62,927 nucleotides of DNA, filler included, from Stramenopiles sp. TOSAG23-3 (GCA_900128585.1; 11 parts of 11 records of this genome joined end to end with filler, not necessarily neighbours in it); one strand, 5' to 3'; shown: positions 1 through 11,491, counted from the whole stretch's first letter. The notes: generated by a model not told the origin, from the sequence alone. Program-made: numbers and translations.

Positions 1-79
1 GTTGATATATTAAATAACATGAAAGCACATTAAGTGGTGGTCGCTCGTTACTACTCGTGACACGCCCTTTTTCGCATCG
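1..79. repeat. Left arm of exact 79-bp terminal inverted repeat of contig 1 (partner 5569..5647)
   Basis: 1..79 is the exact reverse complement of 5569..5647; the match ends at base 80. Confidence 0.95.
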
Positions 80-630
80 GATATTGTTATAGGCGTCCCA
101 ATTATAGAGGGCCGACCATTTACTGATACGACTAGTTGCTGCAACGTTGTCAGTCCGTAAAGTGCTCCCCAGATAGTCTTCGAACGCAGAAAACACGCAC
201 CCGTCGTCGATACGTTCAAAGAGTATGATTCATCATCGTGCAAATCTTTTCCTCCCTCTGGATTCAAAGCTTCGGTTTCCACAAAAACTTTCAGTTCCAC
301 ATCATCGTACAGGCGTGAGAATTCGTTGCTACTCGATAGTGTTTCTGGCTCTGTCCCAGTGCCACGCTCGATCAGGGTTGGGGTGTCCATTGAGTGTGCT
401 TCAAAATATTTTATAGCTTGAAGAAGGATAGGCGAGTCTTTGCTTTTGCTGTTTGGCAGAAAGGTAACGCCAATAGGTTTTGATAGTGAAATGGTGCTTT
501 CATTTGAACATTCGATAGATCCCGGGATAGGCCAAAGCCAGTCCTTACAAGTGCCACCGCTATTCTTTGCCTCTGACAACCAACAGGTAAACACACCGAG
601 ATACAGTGCTCGAAGAAGATACCCTGTCAT
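80..630 (-). CDS. Beta-hexosaminidase (GH20) N-terminal domain, secreted; 3'-truncated by a fold-back junction at about position 79
   Basis: Signal-like start MTGYLLRALYLGVF, then WLWPIP, DDESYSLNV, IWGALYGLTTLQQLV and ITISDA. The expected PRF.RG catalytic-domain start is replaced by inverted-repeat sequence. Confidence 0.8.
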
Positions 631-1148
631 GGTCCAAACGCTGGGGAAACGGCCCGATACGAAGTGTAATTTTCTCTTTTTGATTCTATCCAAATGAAAC
701 GACGGTGAGATTAAACAATGAGATCGAAAAGTAGATATGTTGAGCTAATGCATAAAAAGTCACGAGTGAGTTTAATAAGCAGAGATGAGCTAGCGAACGG
801 CTTTGTTTTTTGTTGTTGTCATAGTATGGAGTTTGAGTGTGTTGCTCTTCTTGTTGGGACGTTCGTTGTTGTTTATAGTAGTTTCCTCGTATATAATACC
901 ACCACGGTAGATATGATAGCTAAATTAAATAATAAAATAATAGGGAGGAGCAGCAGAGAGCAACAAAAAGAGAAAAATGTGAAGAGAGAAGAGAAGAAAA
1001 GAAGAAAAGAAGAAGAAAGAACGAAAAAAAATTAGAGGAGGAGAGAGGTAGAGGAAGAGAACAGTTAGTAATAAAATTTTTAGAAGACTATATGATAGGT
1101 AATATCTTTTATCATACCAGCAATACATTGCTCCGGAACCCGTACCGA

Positions 1149-2435
1149 TTAGGTAGGGGGGGGGCGGGGACCATCAATTCGTATCGATGCATGTTTTGGT
1201 TCAACTTCGTGCTTTTTTCTTTTTCTTTTCTGGCCCGGAAGACTTTCCCGCCCCCCTAGTCCTTTTTTTATCCTTTTCCAGCCCCTCTGGTTTCGCAGTC
1301 GGGTCACGCGCTGGTTTCGTTGATTCGGGCTGAGAGCAGCACCAAAAGTCTCCGTGGCGGCGGCCGTGATCGACTTTTCGTCGGCAGTCGAGCTACTGTT
1401 TGAGTGCATGTTTGTCCATAGCTGCTCTAGCATTTGCATACAGGCGGGGTTATCACTCACCCATAAAATAAACTTTGCGCTTTGATTAGGGGTTAAGATT
1501 TCCTGAATCTCTTGCATCTCACGCTCAAGGGCGGTGTTCTTGGCTTCCACGCGCCCCCGCAAATCAGACAGCAGGTGCAAGGATGTCTTCAAATCCCCGC
1601 AGAGACCGCGAATGCGGCTTCGGTAAGACATTATTTTTCGCTTTTGTGCGTCTTTAACTTCAAGTTCTTGGCACAAAATGTTCCAAATCGATTGTCCAAC
1701 GGAGAGCTTTTTACCTTGGTTATCTTCATAAAACTCATCTTCTTGGTGAAGCGACCAAAGGCCCATTTTGGTCACTGTGGTCGGTTGAAGCAAACCTTCA
1801 AGTTGATCGATATGGTATCGTATGGACGAGCGTCGCTCTTGTCCGTAGTCAGCATATCGCTCCTTAAACATGTCAATGGTTTCTGCCAGTGCAGTGTCAC
1901 TCTCTTTCTGTTCCACCATACTCCGAATAAGATCGGTGATCCTCCATTTTTCGGCCTCGTCAGCTTCTGCACTGTCACGGCCTATCTTCAGCTGCACCCG
2001 AAGTTCTTGGTTGTTCCTCTCTAGGCGTTGGACGCGTTCTTCCAGCTCTTGCACCCGTTGTTTCTTGCGTTTGCGACAGTCTCGGGCACTCTGGCGGTTC
2101 TTCTCGAGGCGCGACAACGTTTTTTCGCTCTTTTTAGAATGCTGCTTGGCGGAGGACCCGTTTCCTTGCTGCTTCTGGCGCGCTTGTTTCTTTGTTGTAC
2201 TAGAGCCCCCAGCACCGGACGGAGCTTTCGAAACGTGACCATCTTGAAACCCCAAAGGGTCCACTACCTCGTCAAAGGGCTCTTGGTCATTGTTGCTGAG
2301 TAACCACTGATACATATCGTCCGTTTGGCTGTCTAATGAGTTTCGCCGCTCCGCGCCAGCGTCCAGAGAATTCCGTCTTATCAAAGGGCTATTTGGCGGG
2401 GACGCCAGCAAGTCAGCTACAGACGAAGCATCCAT
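1149..2435 (-). CDS. bZIP transcription factor with C-terminal DOG1/TGA-like helical domain
   Basis: Basic region RLEKNRQSARDCRKRKKQ, zipper LEERVQRLERNNQELRVQL, and motif EILTPNQSAKFILWV. ATG at 2435. The C-terminal tail may be frameshifted. Confidence 0.85.
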   Translation of the reverse strand: MDASSVADLLASPPNSPLIRRNSLDAGAERRNSLDSQTDDMYQWLLSNNDQEPFDEVVDPLGFQDGHVSKAPSGAGGSSTTKKQARQKQQGNGSSAKQHSKKSEKTLSRLEKNRQSARDCRKRKKQRVQELEERVQRLERNNQELRVQLKIGRDSAEADEAEKWRITDLIRSMVEQKESDTALAETIDMFKERYADYGQERRSSIRYHIDQLEGLLQPTTVTKMGLWSLHQEDEFYEDNQGKKLSVGQSIWNILCQELEVKDAQKRKIMSYRSRIRGLCGDLKTSLHLLSDLRGRVEAKNTALEREMQEIQEILTPNQSAKFILWVSDNPACMQMLEQLWTNMHSNSSSTADEKSITAAATETFGAALSPNQRNQRVTRLRNQRGWKRIKKGLGGRESLPGQKRKRKKHEVEPKHASIRIDGPRPPPT

Positions 2436-3195
2436 CTTGAAGTCCAAACCCGTTTTCGGACGTTATACGCGCCAAGTTACGTGCGTCTTTAGGTCGGGTT
2501 TGCGGCTGCTCCAAAGATGGTAAACGTTGTCTATTCGAAGTTCGTATGCAGGCATCAAAAATACTCTGGCATCAGTATAAATGTATATTGCTCAACATAT
2601 TGTAATTATTATTAGTGTAATTGAAGTGGAAGCCGCTGCCTGCCCACCCACCGCAGCCCGCCGCGTTGCCGCGTTGTTGTTGAGGAGAGAAAACCAGCAC
2701 CTCCATGGTGTTTTCTTTCTAAATTATATTAATAGCAAGATAACAACTAATCACTCACCACCAAGTTTAAAGTTTTTCTAATTCTCAATGCTGTGTGGGT
2801 GCTAATTACCAATCGTCACTACTCGTCGTACTATGACCTTAAACTGATGTATACAGTATTTTGCACAAAAGATCGAGGTTGTTTTTATATTATAATGTGC
2901 CACATTGTATCATTCGAGATTCTTTGTACTTGTGACATTGTGACCAGCTTGATATACAATAATTAAGGAGGTATTTACTATCTTTTGCTATATGGCTGTT
3001 CAAAACATTTCATCAATGTTATTCAATATATTATGGGAAACTCAAACAATATTTTCTATCCTATAGTGTTTAAGCGGCCGTCCGCCAACTTGGCTCCACG
3101 CGCCCTCATTCCTTCTATGGGTCCAGACCTGGTCCAGACAGAAAACATGATCATAAGTCCTCAAATACGGGGGGCTCAAACACACACTCGGATTG

Positions 3196-5340
3196 TTAAT
3201 TCCCTTCGCGGAGCTTGCGCCCAACATCGTCCCAGCACTGAAAGCCTCGTTGGCACCACGCGATGAGCATCCAATCCGACTCAATCCATGGCGCGAAGAC
3301 CCACTTCTTGGTGAGAATCATCAGAATGGGCACCATCACATAGCCCACCCAACATGCATTGTACAGGCATTGTACCATTGTGACCAGCCAGACACCGTCA
3401 TCAAACCCCCATGATTTAACCCACGGGCCAACATATGGCACGGACATCGGGATGATTACGGGTATGTGCGCAACGGTAATTATAATTAGCATTTTCCAAT
3501 AGGTAGGGTCGCGCCGATACTTCTGAGCAGATGAATTCTCATCATCTTTGCCCGCGAAAAACCAGTCTTCTTCATGATACCCAGCGTCGGCCAAGTCAGC
3601 GACTGCAATGAGAATTGTAATAAACAATAACAAGAAAACGGAAGCAAAATATGGAGGCAGTTCGCATGATAGTGTGTCAGAGATGCTGTGTGGGCGGGGA
3701 GGGAGTGCGGTAAAATCAGCGAAAGAAATAAAGCAAACGACTTACAACTATCATATACCCGAATGGAGGTCGCGTTGTCTTGCACCAAGAGAGGCAGCAT
3801 GCGATCTACTAAATCTTTACGAATCGGGTCATTGTGCCACTGATTCATATGCTCACGAGTATCATACGCATAAATCAGCACGTGTGTGCATGCTGTCTTT
3901 TTGGTGGACGTCGGTGCTCGGATTATTAGTGTGCCCCGGTGGCCTTCAATGCAGTTTGCAGCTGCCCTGGAAATTTCCCGAACCCACTCTTCAAAGAGAA
4001 CAAAACACTCTGGGCGGACATTGTACCGAATGCATGTTGGGGTCTCCTGACCATTGCTTGCTGGCGCCAGAAATGACTTGGATGCCTTGGCGCTGCCAGA
4101 CTTTGATTCACTAGATCCGTCCTCCTTGCTGTGCCCCAATAATGGAGACGCCTCATCGCTTTCTTCCTCTTCGAAATCTTCCAGCTGCACTGTACGGCTT
4201 GACGCCCCATCATCCCCCCCACCATGACCACCTTCCAGCAATGAAGTACATTGTGATTCAAGCCTATCGATCCTTTCCAGCATACGCCGACGCACATTAC
4301 CATGAAAGTCACTATTACTCTGCAGCTGTAGCTCTAAGTTTTTCACCCGTTGAAACATTTCGCGCAGCTCGTTGTTAGGCTGCTTCTTATCGGGCCGAAA
4401 GCAAGGGCATCCATTCTGCAACGTGAGACATGGCTCGACTGCAGGGCACCGTGGGATGTCGTATATGCACGGAGCAAACATGCGATCGAAGAGTGGAAGT
4501 AAAAACCACTTAAGCGCGACTACCACGGGAATCAGAATGATGATGACGTACCAAAAAAGTGGCACTTTCAAATCCCCGAGCAGCCAGGGCGCAACCGTGT
4601 AGTTCCAGGGCAAAACTGTCATCATTAGAGCGAGCCACACTGTAATAGTGGTCCGCCACTTTGGGGGTGGCCCCCGGCGCCGCACAACTCGAGAGGCACT
4701 GACGTCACGAACTTTAGGGAGACCTGTGGTGTCGTTTTCAGCATTGACAGAAGACCTTGTCGTGAGCATATCCCAGGCTGAGAGGGTCATTTTCGGAGGC
4801 ATGATAGCGACAGTACCCTCCTGTATGTCGGAACATAATATGACGCTTGACACCGCCCCCCTCGCATTGAGCTCGTGGAGGGATTTCTTACCTGTAGATA
4901 TGTGCGAGGTGTTAGTAGTTGTGGGAAGGCAGGTGTTTGTGAGAAAGCTATCACGTATTTGTTACTGCATGCTCTTCAATTCTGAGTTGGCACTTACATA
5001 TGGCACGCTCCGGGCTTAAGAGCCAGGAGTGCATCACGCTGTACTCAGAGTACCTGAACATGACGATGAAATCGCTATGCCCAGGATCACCATAAGCGGC
5101 GGTTGGGCCCAGGACCATTTTGCCTCGCCATGCCGAAGTGTTGAACGACTTGGCAGCCTCGAGAATCCCATCAAGCCACTTCGTGAACGCCTCGACACTA
5201 TCTGTCTTGACACGGCAGCGTATGAGCACCGCCACCTGGTCCTCTGAAGATAGTTTCTTGCCAAAAGTGGCGACGCTGAGCGGGACGTAGTCGTCCAGCT
5301 GCTGGAGTACCAACTCGCGCTGCTCGGTTTCCTCTTCCAT
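3196..5340 (-). CDS. Three-exon membrane protein with two tandem [ABM-like monooxygenase domain + TM hairpin] units (COG3224-like); exons 5340-4998, 4891-3746, 3602-3196
   Basis: GTAAGT donors at 4997 and 3745 and CTACAG/TTGCAG acceptors at 4892 and 3603 join ORFs 4951..5511, 3486..4853 and 3196..3633 in frame. Paired motifs: RVKTDSVEAFTKW / NVRPECFVLFEEW, HSWLLSPER / NQWHNDPIR, PPPKWRTTITVWLAL / PTYWKMLIII. Confidence 0.75.
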
Positions 5341-5568
5341 ACAGAGAATTAAACAGTATGGAAACTTTGTTATCCCTAAACAAAGAAACAAGACAAATGG
5401 AAAGTGAGAAGAAGGAGGTGATAATCTGAGAAGAAGGAGGTGATAATCTAAGAATGTTGAAAGGAAAATTGTTATTGGTTTTAGTGAGTAGTAACGAAAG
5501 TTGAGTCTCACACTACCATCGCAAGATGGTGTTCGTAAATGAAGGTAATGGGTACGTACGAAAATGAT

Positions 5569-5647
5569 CGATGCGAAAAAGGGCGTGTCACGAGTAGTAA
5601 CGAGCGACCACCACTTAATGTGCTTTCATGTTATTTAATATATCAAC
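5569..5647. repeat. Right arm of 79-bp terminal inverted repeat of contig 1
   Basis: Exact reverse complement of 1..79. Confidence 0.95.
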
Positions 5648-5747
5648 NNNNNNNNNNNNNNNNNNNNNNNNNNNNNNNNNNNNNNNNNNNNTTAATTAAT
5701 TAANNNNNNNNNNNNNNNNNNNNNNNNNNNNNNNNNNNNNNNNNNNN
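5648..5747. other. Artificial contig linker
   Basis: N44-TTAATTAATTAA-N44 (stops in all six frames), identical at 10 positions in the window. Confidence 0.98.
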
Positions 5748-6085
5748 AAAGAAAGAAAGAAAGAAAGAACAAAATCGTGTTATTTATATTATTATTACAT
5801 CACACAGTATAGAGTGATGTTAAAAATTTCTTCTTCTTCTTCGTCGTCGCTCGTTCTTTTTTCTTTCTTCTTCCATTGTTGACACACCTCCTACTACCAA
5901 GCAAAGATGAAAATTTACTACGGTGTCGTTATTATTTATGTGAAAGAGTATCACAGAGGAAGACCAAAAACAAAATGTTTAGGATTTTAATGTGTTTAGG
6001 TGTTCAGAGGAAACTAACTGGGAAATTGAGTGTTTCCCGTTTTTCCACCAGACGCTGCGTTCTTCTATTTGTCTGTTCTTGAATT

Positions 6086-7318
6086 ATGGCCGCACGTCTC
6101 CTACTATTGTTCGTCGGCTGTTTCTCGTTTGTCCGCGGCACCCACATTGTCAGGCCAGAGGACTTTGGGGCTGTTGGGGATGGCAAAGCGAACGATTGGG
6201 TCCCAATACAGAAGTCGGTCGATTCGTGTGTTGGGTACGACGATTGTCGTGTCCTCCTTACGCAGTCGTATCTTTCGGGGTACATTTTGATAAAATCTGA
6301 CAATGTTGACTTTGTCATCACCGGGACGCTCGCAATTTTGCCGAAAACGCAGTACGCCAAGCTTCCGTCGTACAAAAGCTACGACTTCTTATCGAGCGGA
6401 AATTTACCCATAAAGAACGTCCAAGTGACAGGAAACGGGACGATACAGTCCACCTCTCCCATTGATTGGTGGGGATGCAAGTATTTGCCGAACGTCGACT
6501 GCTGGCGGCCAGCGTTTGTTTCCTTCACAAACGTAGAAGGCGTTCGCGTGAACCGTCTGAAATTTGAAAATTCGCCGAACCACAACGTAAAGGTTTACAA
6601 CTGTTCCAACGTGCGAATAGATCAAATCCATATCAAAGCGCCGTCGTTGTCCCCGAACACCGATGGGGTAAATTTTCACGGCGGGAGCGACCAATCGCTG
6701 ACTAATTCCATTATTGAAAATGGCGACGATTGTGTCAGCATAATTGCCAGTGGTGAATTCTTGCCCCAGTGCAAGGTTGCGCCAACGTCGAAAGAATGCC
6801 AAGGGGGGAACGTCGTTGTCCGGAACGTGACCTGTCACCACGGGCACGGCCTGTCCATCGGTGGGGTCCGGCAGGGGACGATAAGGAACGTAACGTTTGA
6901 AAATATCACTGCGACGGGTGGCATGTCCCAAGGCATATACAGCACAGGAGGGCTGCGCATCAAGTCCTACCCAAACGGGTCTGGGTCGGTGAGCAACATC
7001 ATGTACCGGAATATTGTCCTGGACAAAGTTTTCCTGCCCATTGAACTGCAGGCCCGGTATTGCGTATGGCCAAAGAAATGCCCTCCTGACGTCACCGCAA
7101 TCAAGTTTTTCAACATCACATTTGAAAACATTCGAGGGACAAGTTCACAGTGGCATCAAGTCGGTTTGTTGGCCTGCTCAAAAGTTTCTCCTTGCAAAAA
7201 TATAGTCCTCAAAAACGTTGTTTTGGGGGGACGCCACGGCGACGGCAAGTTTGATTGCACCAATACACAAAACGTACAGTTTCTCAATGGCTCTAACCCT
7301 AAAGCTTGCTCTTCTTAA
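6086..7318 (+). CDS. Secreted glycoside hydrolase family 28 (polygalacturonase-like)
   Basis: Signal peptide, DFGAVGDG, and all four GH28 motifs (NTDG, GDD, GHG, RIK). Cys-rich C-terminus. Confidence 0.92.
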   Translation: MAARLLLLFVGCFSFVRGTHIVRPEDFGAVGDGKANDWVPIQKSVDSCVGYDDCRVLLTQSYLSGYILIKSDNVDFVITGTLAILPKTQYAKLPSYKSYDFLSSGNLPIKNVQVTGNGTIQSTSPIDWWGCKYLPNVDCWRPAFVSFTNVEGVRVNRLKFENSPNHNVKVYNCSNVRIDQIHIKAPSLSPNTDGVNFHGGSDQSLTNSIIENGDDCVSIIASGEFLPQCKVAPTSKECQGGNVVVRNVTCHHGHGLSIGGVRQGTIRNVTFENITATGGMSQGIYSTGGLRIKSYPNGSGSVSNIMYRNIVLDKVFLPIELQARYCVWPKKCPPDVTAIKFFNITFENIRGTSSQWHQVGLLACSKVSPCKNIVLKNVVLGGRHGDGKFDCTNTQNVQFLNGSNPKACSS

Positions 7319-7709
7319 AATACCTTAAAAGACCTTAAAATGACTTATTGAAACGTAAATCTATTTTTAATTCGTTACAACTGACAACTTTTAACATACA
7401 GATGATAGCTTCTTTCCAAGTCTTGTATTTAATAATACAATTTAAATGTAATAATTATTTTATTAAATTAAAAAAAAGAAAACACATTCATTCATCACAC
7501 AATAGCATCATATACATTATTTTATAAGAAAGAAAAGTAATTGATGTGATGATTGTTCACATGGATGGTTTCATATTGAGAAGAAATTGAAGGTTAAACA
7601 ATTTGGATTTTCGAACGAGGGAGAGATAAATCTACCAAATCTGACAAACAACTTTGTTTTACGGCAAAGATTAGAACCAACACGCACACATTATTATTAA
7701 ACCGTAGCA

Positions 7710-8142
7710 ATGCATTGGACGAAACATTACAAGCCTGTGAAAGATTGCCAGTTTCCTTTTCAGGCCTACGTTGAAGAAGACTGGATAGCGGATCGCGGAT
7801 CACCAAAAAACTGAGATAAGCATTAAGAAGGGGGACATAATTGTCGTCTATGGTGAGTGCGAACCTGACGGGCACAATGCGGCCGATGTGCCGAGGACGT
7901 CGAAAAGAATAAACGGGATCATGGATGTGAAATACCCTGTATTTGATAAAGAGTCCACAAATTACTGGATAGGTTCCGTGCAAAATGCGACTGGGGCATC
8001 CGATTACTATGCGAAACATAAGGTTGGGCATTTTCCGATCAGTAAAGTTGTCCCATTAGACATCCATTTATGGGAAGTAGAAGTGGCGCGGAAGAAGCGT
8101 GTTGAAGAAAGACAGAGAAGAAGAAATGCAGAAAACGCGGAG

Positions 8143-8185
<43 letters not shown>

Positions 8186-11100
8186 ATGATGATGACGACG
8201 ACGACGACGATGAGGATGATGACGACGACGATGATGACGATGACGACGTCGATGATGACGATGACGATGATAAAAAGAAAGACGCTAGAGGACAGAACTC
8301 CGCTGGCGCCGCCAAATCTGCAAACCCGTCAGGTGCGAACGAGAGCGATAAAGAGAGCGAAGGCGATTCTTCCAAACGATTCAAAATAACATTCGGGTCT
8401 GGGAAACTGGGCTTTGGCATCGAGACCCTCGAACATATGGCCTACGGCAACGTTGTGATGGAAATCGTGGCCGGCGCGTCGGCTTCAAAAAACGGATTAG
8501 AAGTTGGGGACTTGTTGGTCGGTGTTGGTGAGAAAGACGTCAGTAAGCTAGACTTTGAGGCGACGTATGACATAATACTGAGCCTACCACGACCGGTTGA
8601 TTTATATTTTATAAGACCTGGTAAAGACAAACCGGTCGTCGTAATGCCTGAAGATAGGGATAAAGTACAAACGAATGAACAAGAGGAACAAACAGCAACC
8701 GTTCCGAAGGAAGAAGTGGTGACAGCACCCCAGGCATACGTTAAAAATAAGAAACCTCCCAAGTCACCGCCCAAGTTTCCCCCCATGGTAAGGCGACACT
8801 GGCAAAAGGGGGAGTCGTACGACGCGGGAGATTTTCTGTTTTTGCAGTCGGAAGAGACGGGGAAAAATGTAAAGTACATTTGCCAGAACGATATACCGAA
8901 CGCACAGAAGAATCCAGCGGCAGACCCGAGCAATTGGTACGAAGTAGAAGAGGTCAGCGCCGAGGACACAAAATTGGCACAGTCGGAGTTCAGCGTAGCG
9001 CTGGGAACTGATGCGGAAAAGGAAGCTTTCAAAGAGGACCAAAAGAAAATCGAAGAAACGAAGCAACAGTACAGAGAGGAAGATGACCAGAGGCGCAAAC
9101 AACTCAACCACCAAAAAACAGGAGAGAAACCGCATTACCTGCAAGAAACGGCCGCGTCAAAGCAAGAACGAGAGGCGGCGTTGGAGCACAACCCACAGCG
9201 TAAGAGGGAACAGAAGGCTGCAGAAGAAGAGGCTGCTGAAAAGAAGAAAGATGGGAACCACCACCACCACCACCACCACCACCACCACCATAACGCAGGA
9301 GAGACACCGCATTACCTGCAAGAAACGGCCGCGTCAAAGCGGGAGCAAGAGGCGGCGTTGAAGCACAATCCGCAGCGTGAGGGGGAACGGAAGGCTGCAG
9401 AAGAGGAGGCTGCCAAAAAGAGGAGAGACGAGAGAGAAGCAAAACGCAAAAGAAAGGCTGCCGAAGATGCCGAACGCAATAGAAAGGCTGCCGAAGCGGC
9501 CGAACGAAAAAGAAAGGCTGCCGAAGAGGCTGCTGTTGCTGCGGAGAAGAAGAAGAAGCGTCAGAAGGGAGGTTTTTTCGGCCAACTTTCGTGGAACAAG
9601 ACCGTAGGGTCGCGCTGGAAAAGGAAGTCAATGGCGAGAAAACAAAGGGAAGAAGAACTTCAGAAACGGCAGGAGGAACGGCTGACCCGCGTAGATAAGG
9701 CTTCCACTACCAAGAAAACTGCAGCTGTGCTCCTGCAAGAAATACTAGAGGAGGGAGGGATTACCTCGGGGGCATCAAAGCTCATTAAAGAAAAGATCGA
9801 AATTGCGCACGATGATCCAGAGCGTGCGGGCATATTGCGCTTGGCTATAGAATCATACGGGAAAAATCTGAAACAAATCAAGAAAGCCCTTGAAGATTTG
9901 GAGGTGGCCGTTGTGATTCGCTTGGCGGATGCTAAAGAGGCCGTGTTGAAGTCGGGAGTTCGCACGCCAACGCCTGTTGAAGACAGTGACGTAGATGCGT
10001 ACGATGAAGAGAGCGACGATGAACACCCCGAAATGGACGGAATCCGGGACATTTTAAACACCTCCATGAATCGTTACGCACCTCGTAAAAAACCAGAAGT
10101 CGACCGTACCAGTCGAAAGTATGTTGATCCGGAATGGCTTTGTACAAACGATGACGACTTTTCGGATTCAGACCCATTTGACGACATGGACAACAATGCA
10201 GACCCAGAATTTAGAGAGCTAGCAATGGAAGATGTGGTTGCAAAATATCAAAAGGGGTTGGAGACGATGCACAAAGCATACTCTCAAATGCCTGGAAATG
10301 ACACCGCTGCTCACAACCAGGGCATAAATAAGACTTTTGAAAGCCTAAAGAACAGCAAAGAGAGGCTTGGCTGGGCGTCGTTCCTGCGTTTGTGCAAAGA
10401 TTTTAATTTGATCACGCGGGAAAATAAAACGCTTCGCAACAGCAGGGATGGCACCGGTTACAATGACATAGCCATTATCACGCATATAGCGGCGGGAAAA
10501 AACGGGGTAATATCAAGAGAAGGGAAGCTGCCCGTACTGAGGAGCGAGGCAAAGGCAATCTTTAAGCGTGTTGCGGGGAAAAAGTCCCAGTACAATTATG
10601 TGAACCAGCGCCAGCTGATGGAGGCGATCTTTGGGATCGTGCTGAAGGCTTGGCCTCGACTATGCGCCTCGCAAGAGAACCATCAACGGGAACTGTGGTC
10701 CTCTACGTCCCTGAAAGCGTTTCGTAACGTGGTACGCAACCCACACAAATTTCGACCCCAGTTCCGGGTTCTGAAATGCAATGGCCCAGTGCACAGCATG
10801 CTCCAGCGCATACGAACAATGAAAAGGCGGGCAAGTCGAAGTGGGTTTGTCTCCAACGATTTCATCATCGCCGAGGTGATTACAAACTACCAGGCAACGC
10901 CGGAAGAATTAAACGCATTTGAAGGCGACCCGGAAGATGCTATGCTCTTTGAAACACTAAAGAAAGGAGACCAGCTGCGGATTTTGGCATTACAGAATAC
11001 CGACATAGACGATGATGAGGAAGTCAGTGAGGATTTCAAAGAATGGCTTCCCATCCCAAAAGGCAGCAATTTTCCGTTTGGTGTCAAGAAGGGCTTTGGA

Positions 11101-11364
11101 AACTACTGGCTAGCGCAGCAGCTAACGGTGGATGGGACGGAAGTCGACGACGAATACGCGCACTTTGAACACAGAGGCATTCTTCCGGCAGAGATTGTAA
11201 AAATCGTCGCGGTCACGAAAGAAAAGGAGTTGACAAAAGACCTCGCTGCAAAGCAGATTCAAAAGGTCGCTCGCGGTGCCATGCTTCGCCTGCGCCGGCA
11301 ACGCCTGTGGGACCCTCCAATACCAAATTCCGGAGGATTATCGTTGCACCGTTACTTGCTCTAA
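7710..11364 (+). CDS. Multidomain scaffold: SH3-like, poly-Asp, PDZ, CBM5/12-like, coiled coil with poly-His, p25alpha/EF-like, SH3-like, IQ; needs a +1 frameshift at 7805-7814
   Basis: ATG 7710 frame reads QAYVEEDWIADRGSPK; the +1 frame continues TEISIKKGDIIVVY...YWIG...GHFPISKV (SH3). PDZ: GKLGFGI...GLEVGDLLVGV. CBM-like: WQKGESYDAGD...YIC...NP...W. Second SH3: LKKGDQLRIL...YWLA...GILPAEIV. IQ: QIQKVARG. Confidence 0.7.
8143..8271 (+). repeat. (GAC/GAT)n coding repeat giving an acidic tract of about 43 residues, almost all Asp
   Basis: Directly visible in the sequence. Confidence 0.95.
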
Positions 11365-11391
11365 AAAAACGATGCTTGACGTTTGCATTTG

Positions 11392-11491
11392 NNNNNNNNN
11401 NNNNNNNNNNNNNNNNNNNNNNNNNNNNNNNNNNNTTAATTAATTAANNNNNNNNNNNNNNNNNNNNNNNNNNNNNNNNNNNNNNNNNNNN
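11392..11491. other. Artificial contig linker
   Basis: N44-TTAATTAATTAA-N44. Confidence 0.98.

Noticed and set aside
1-5647. Contigs 1 and 10 as TIR transposons or linear elements with terminal inverted repeats
   Set aside because: No transposase, integrase or polymerase. The arms are exactly 79 bp in both contigs, unrelated in sequence, and cut ordinary host genes.
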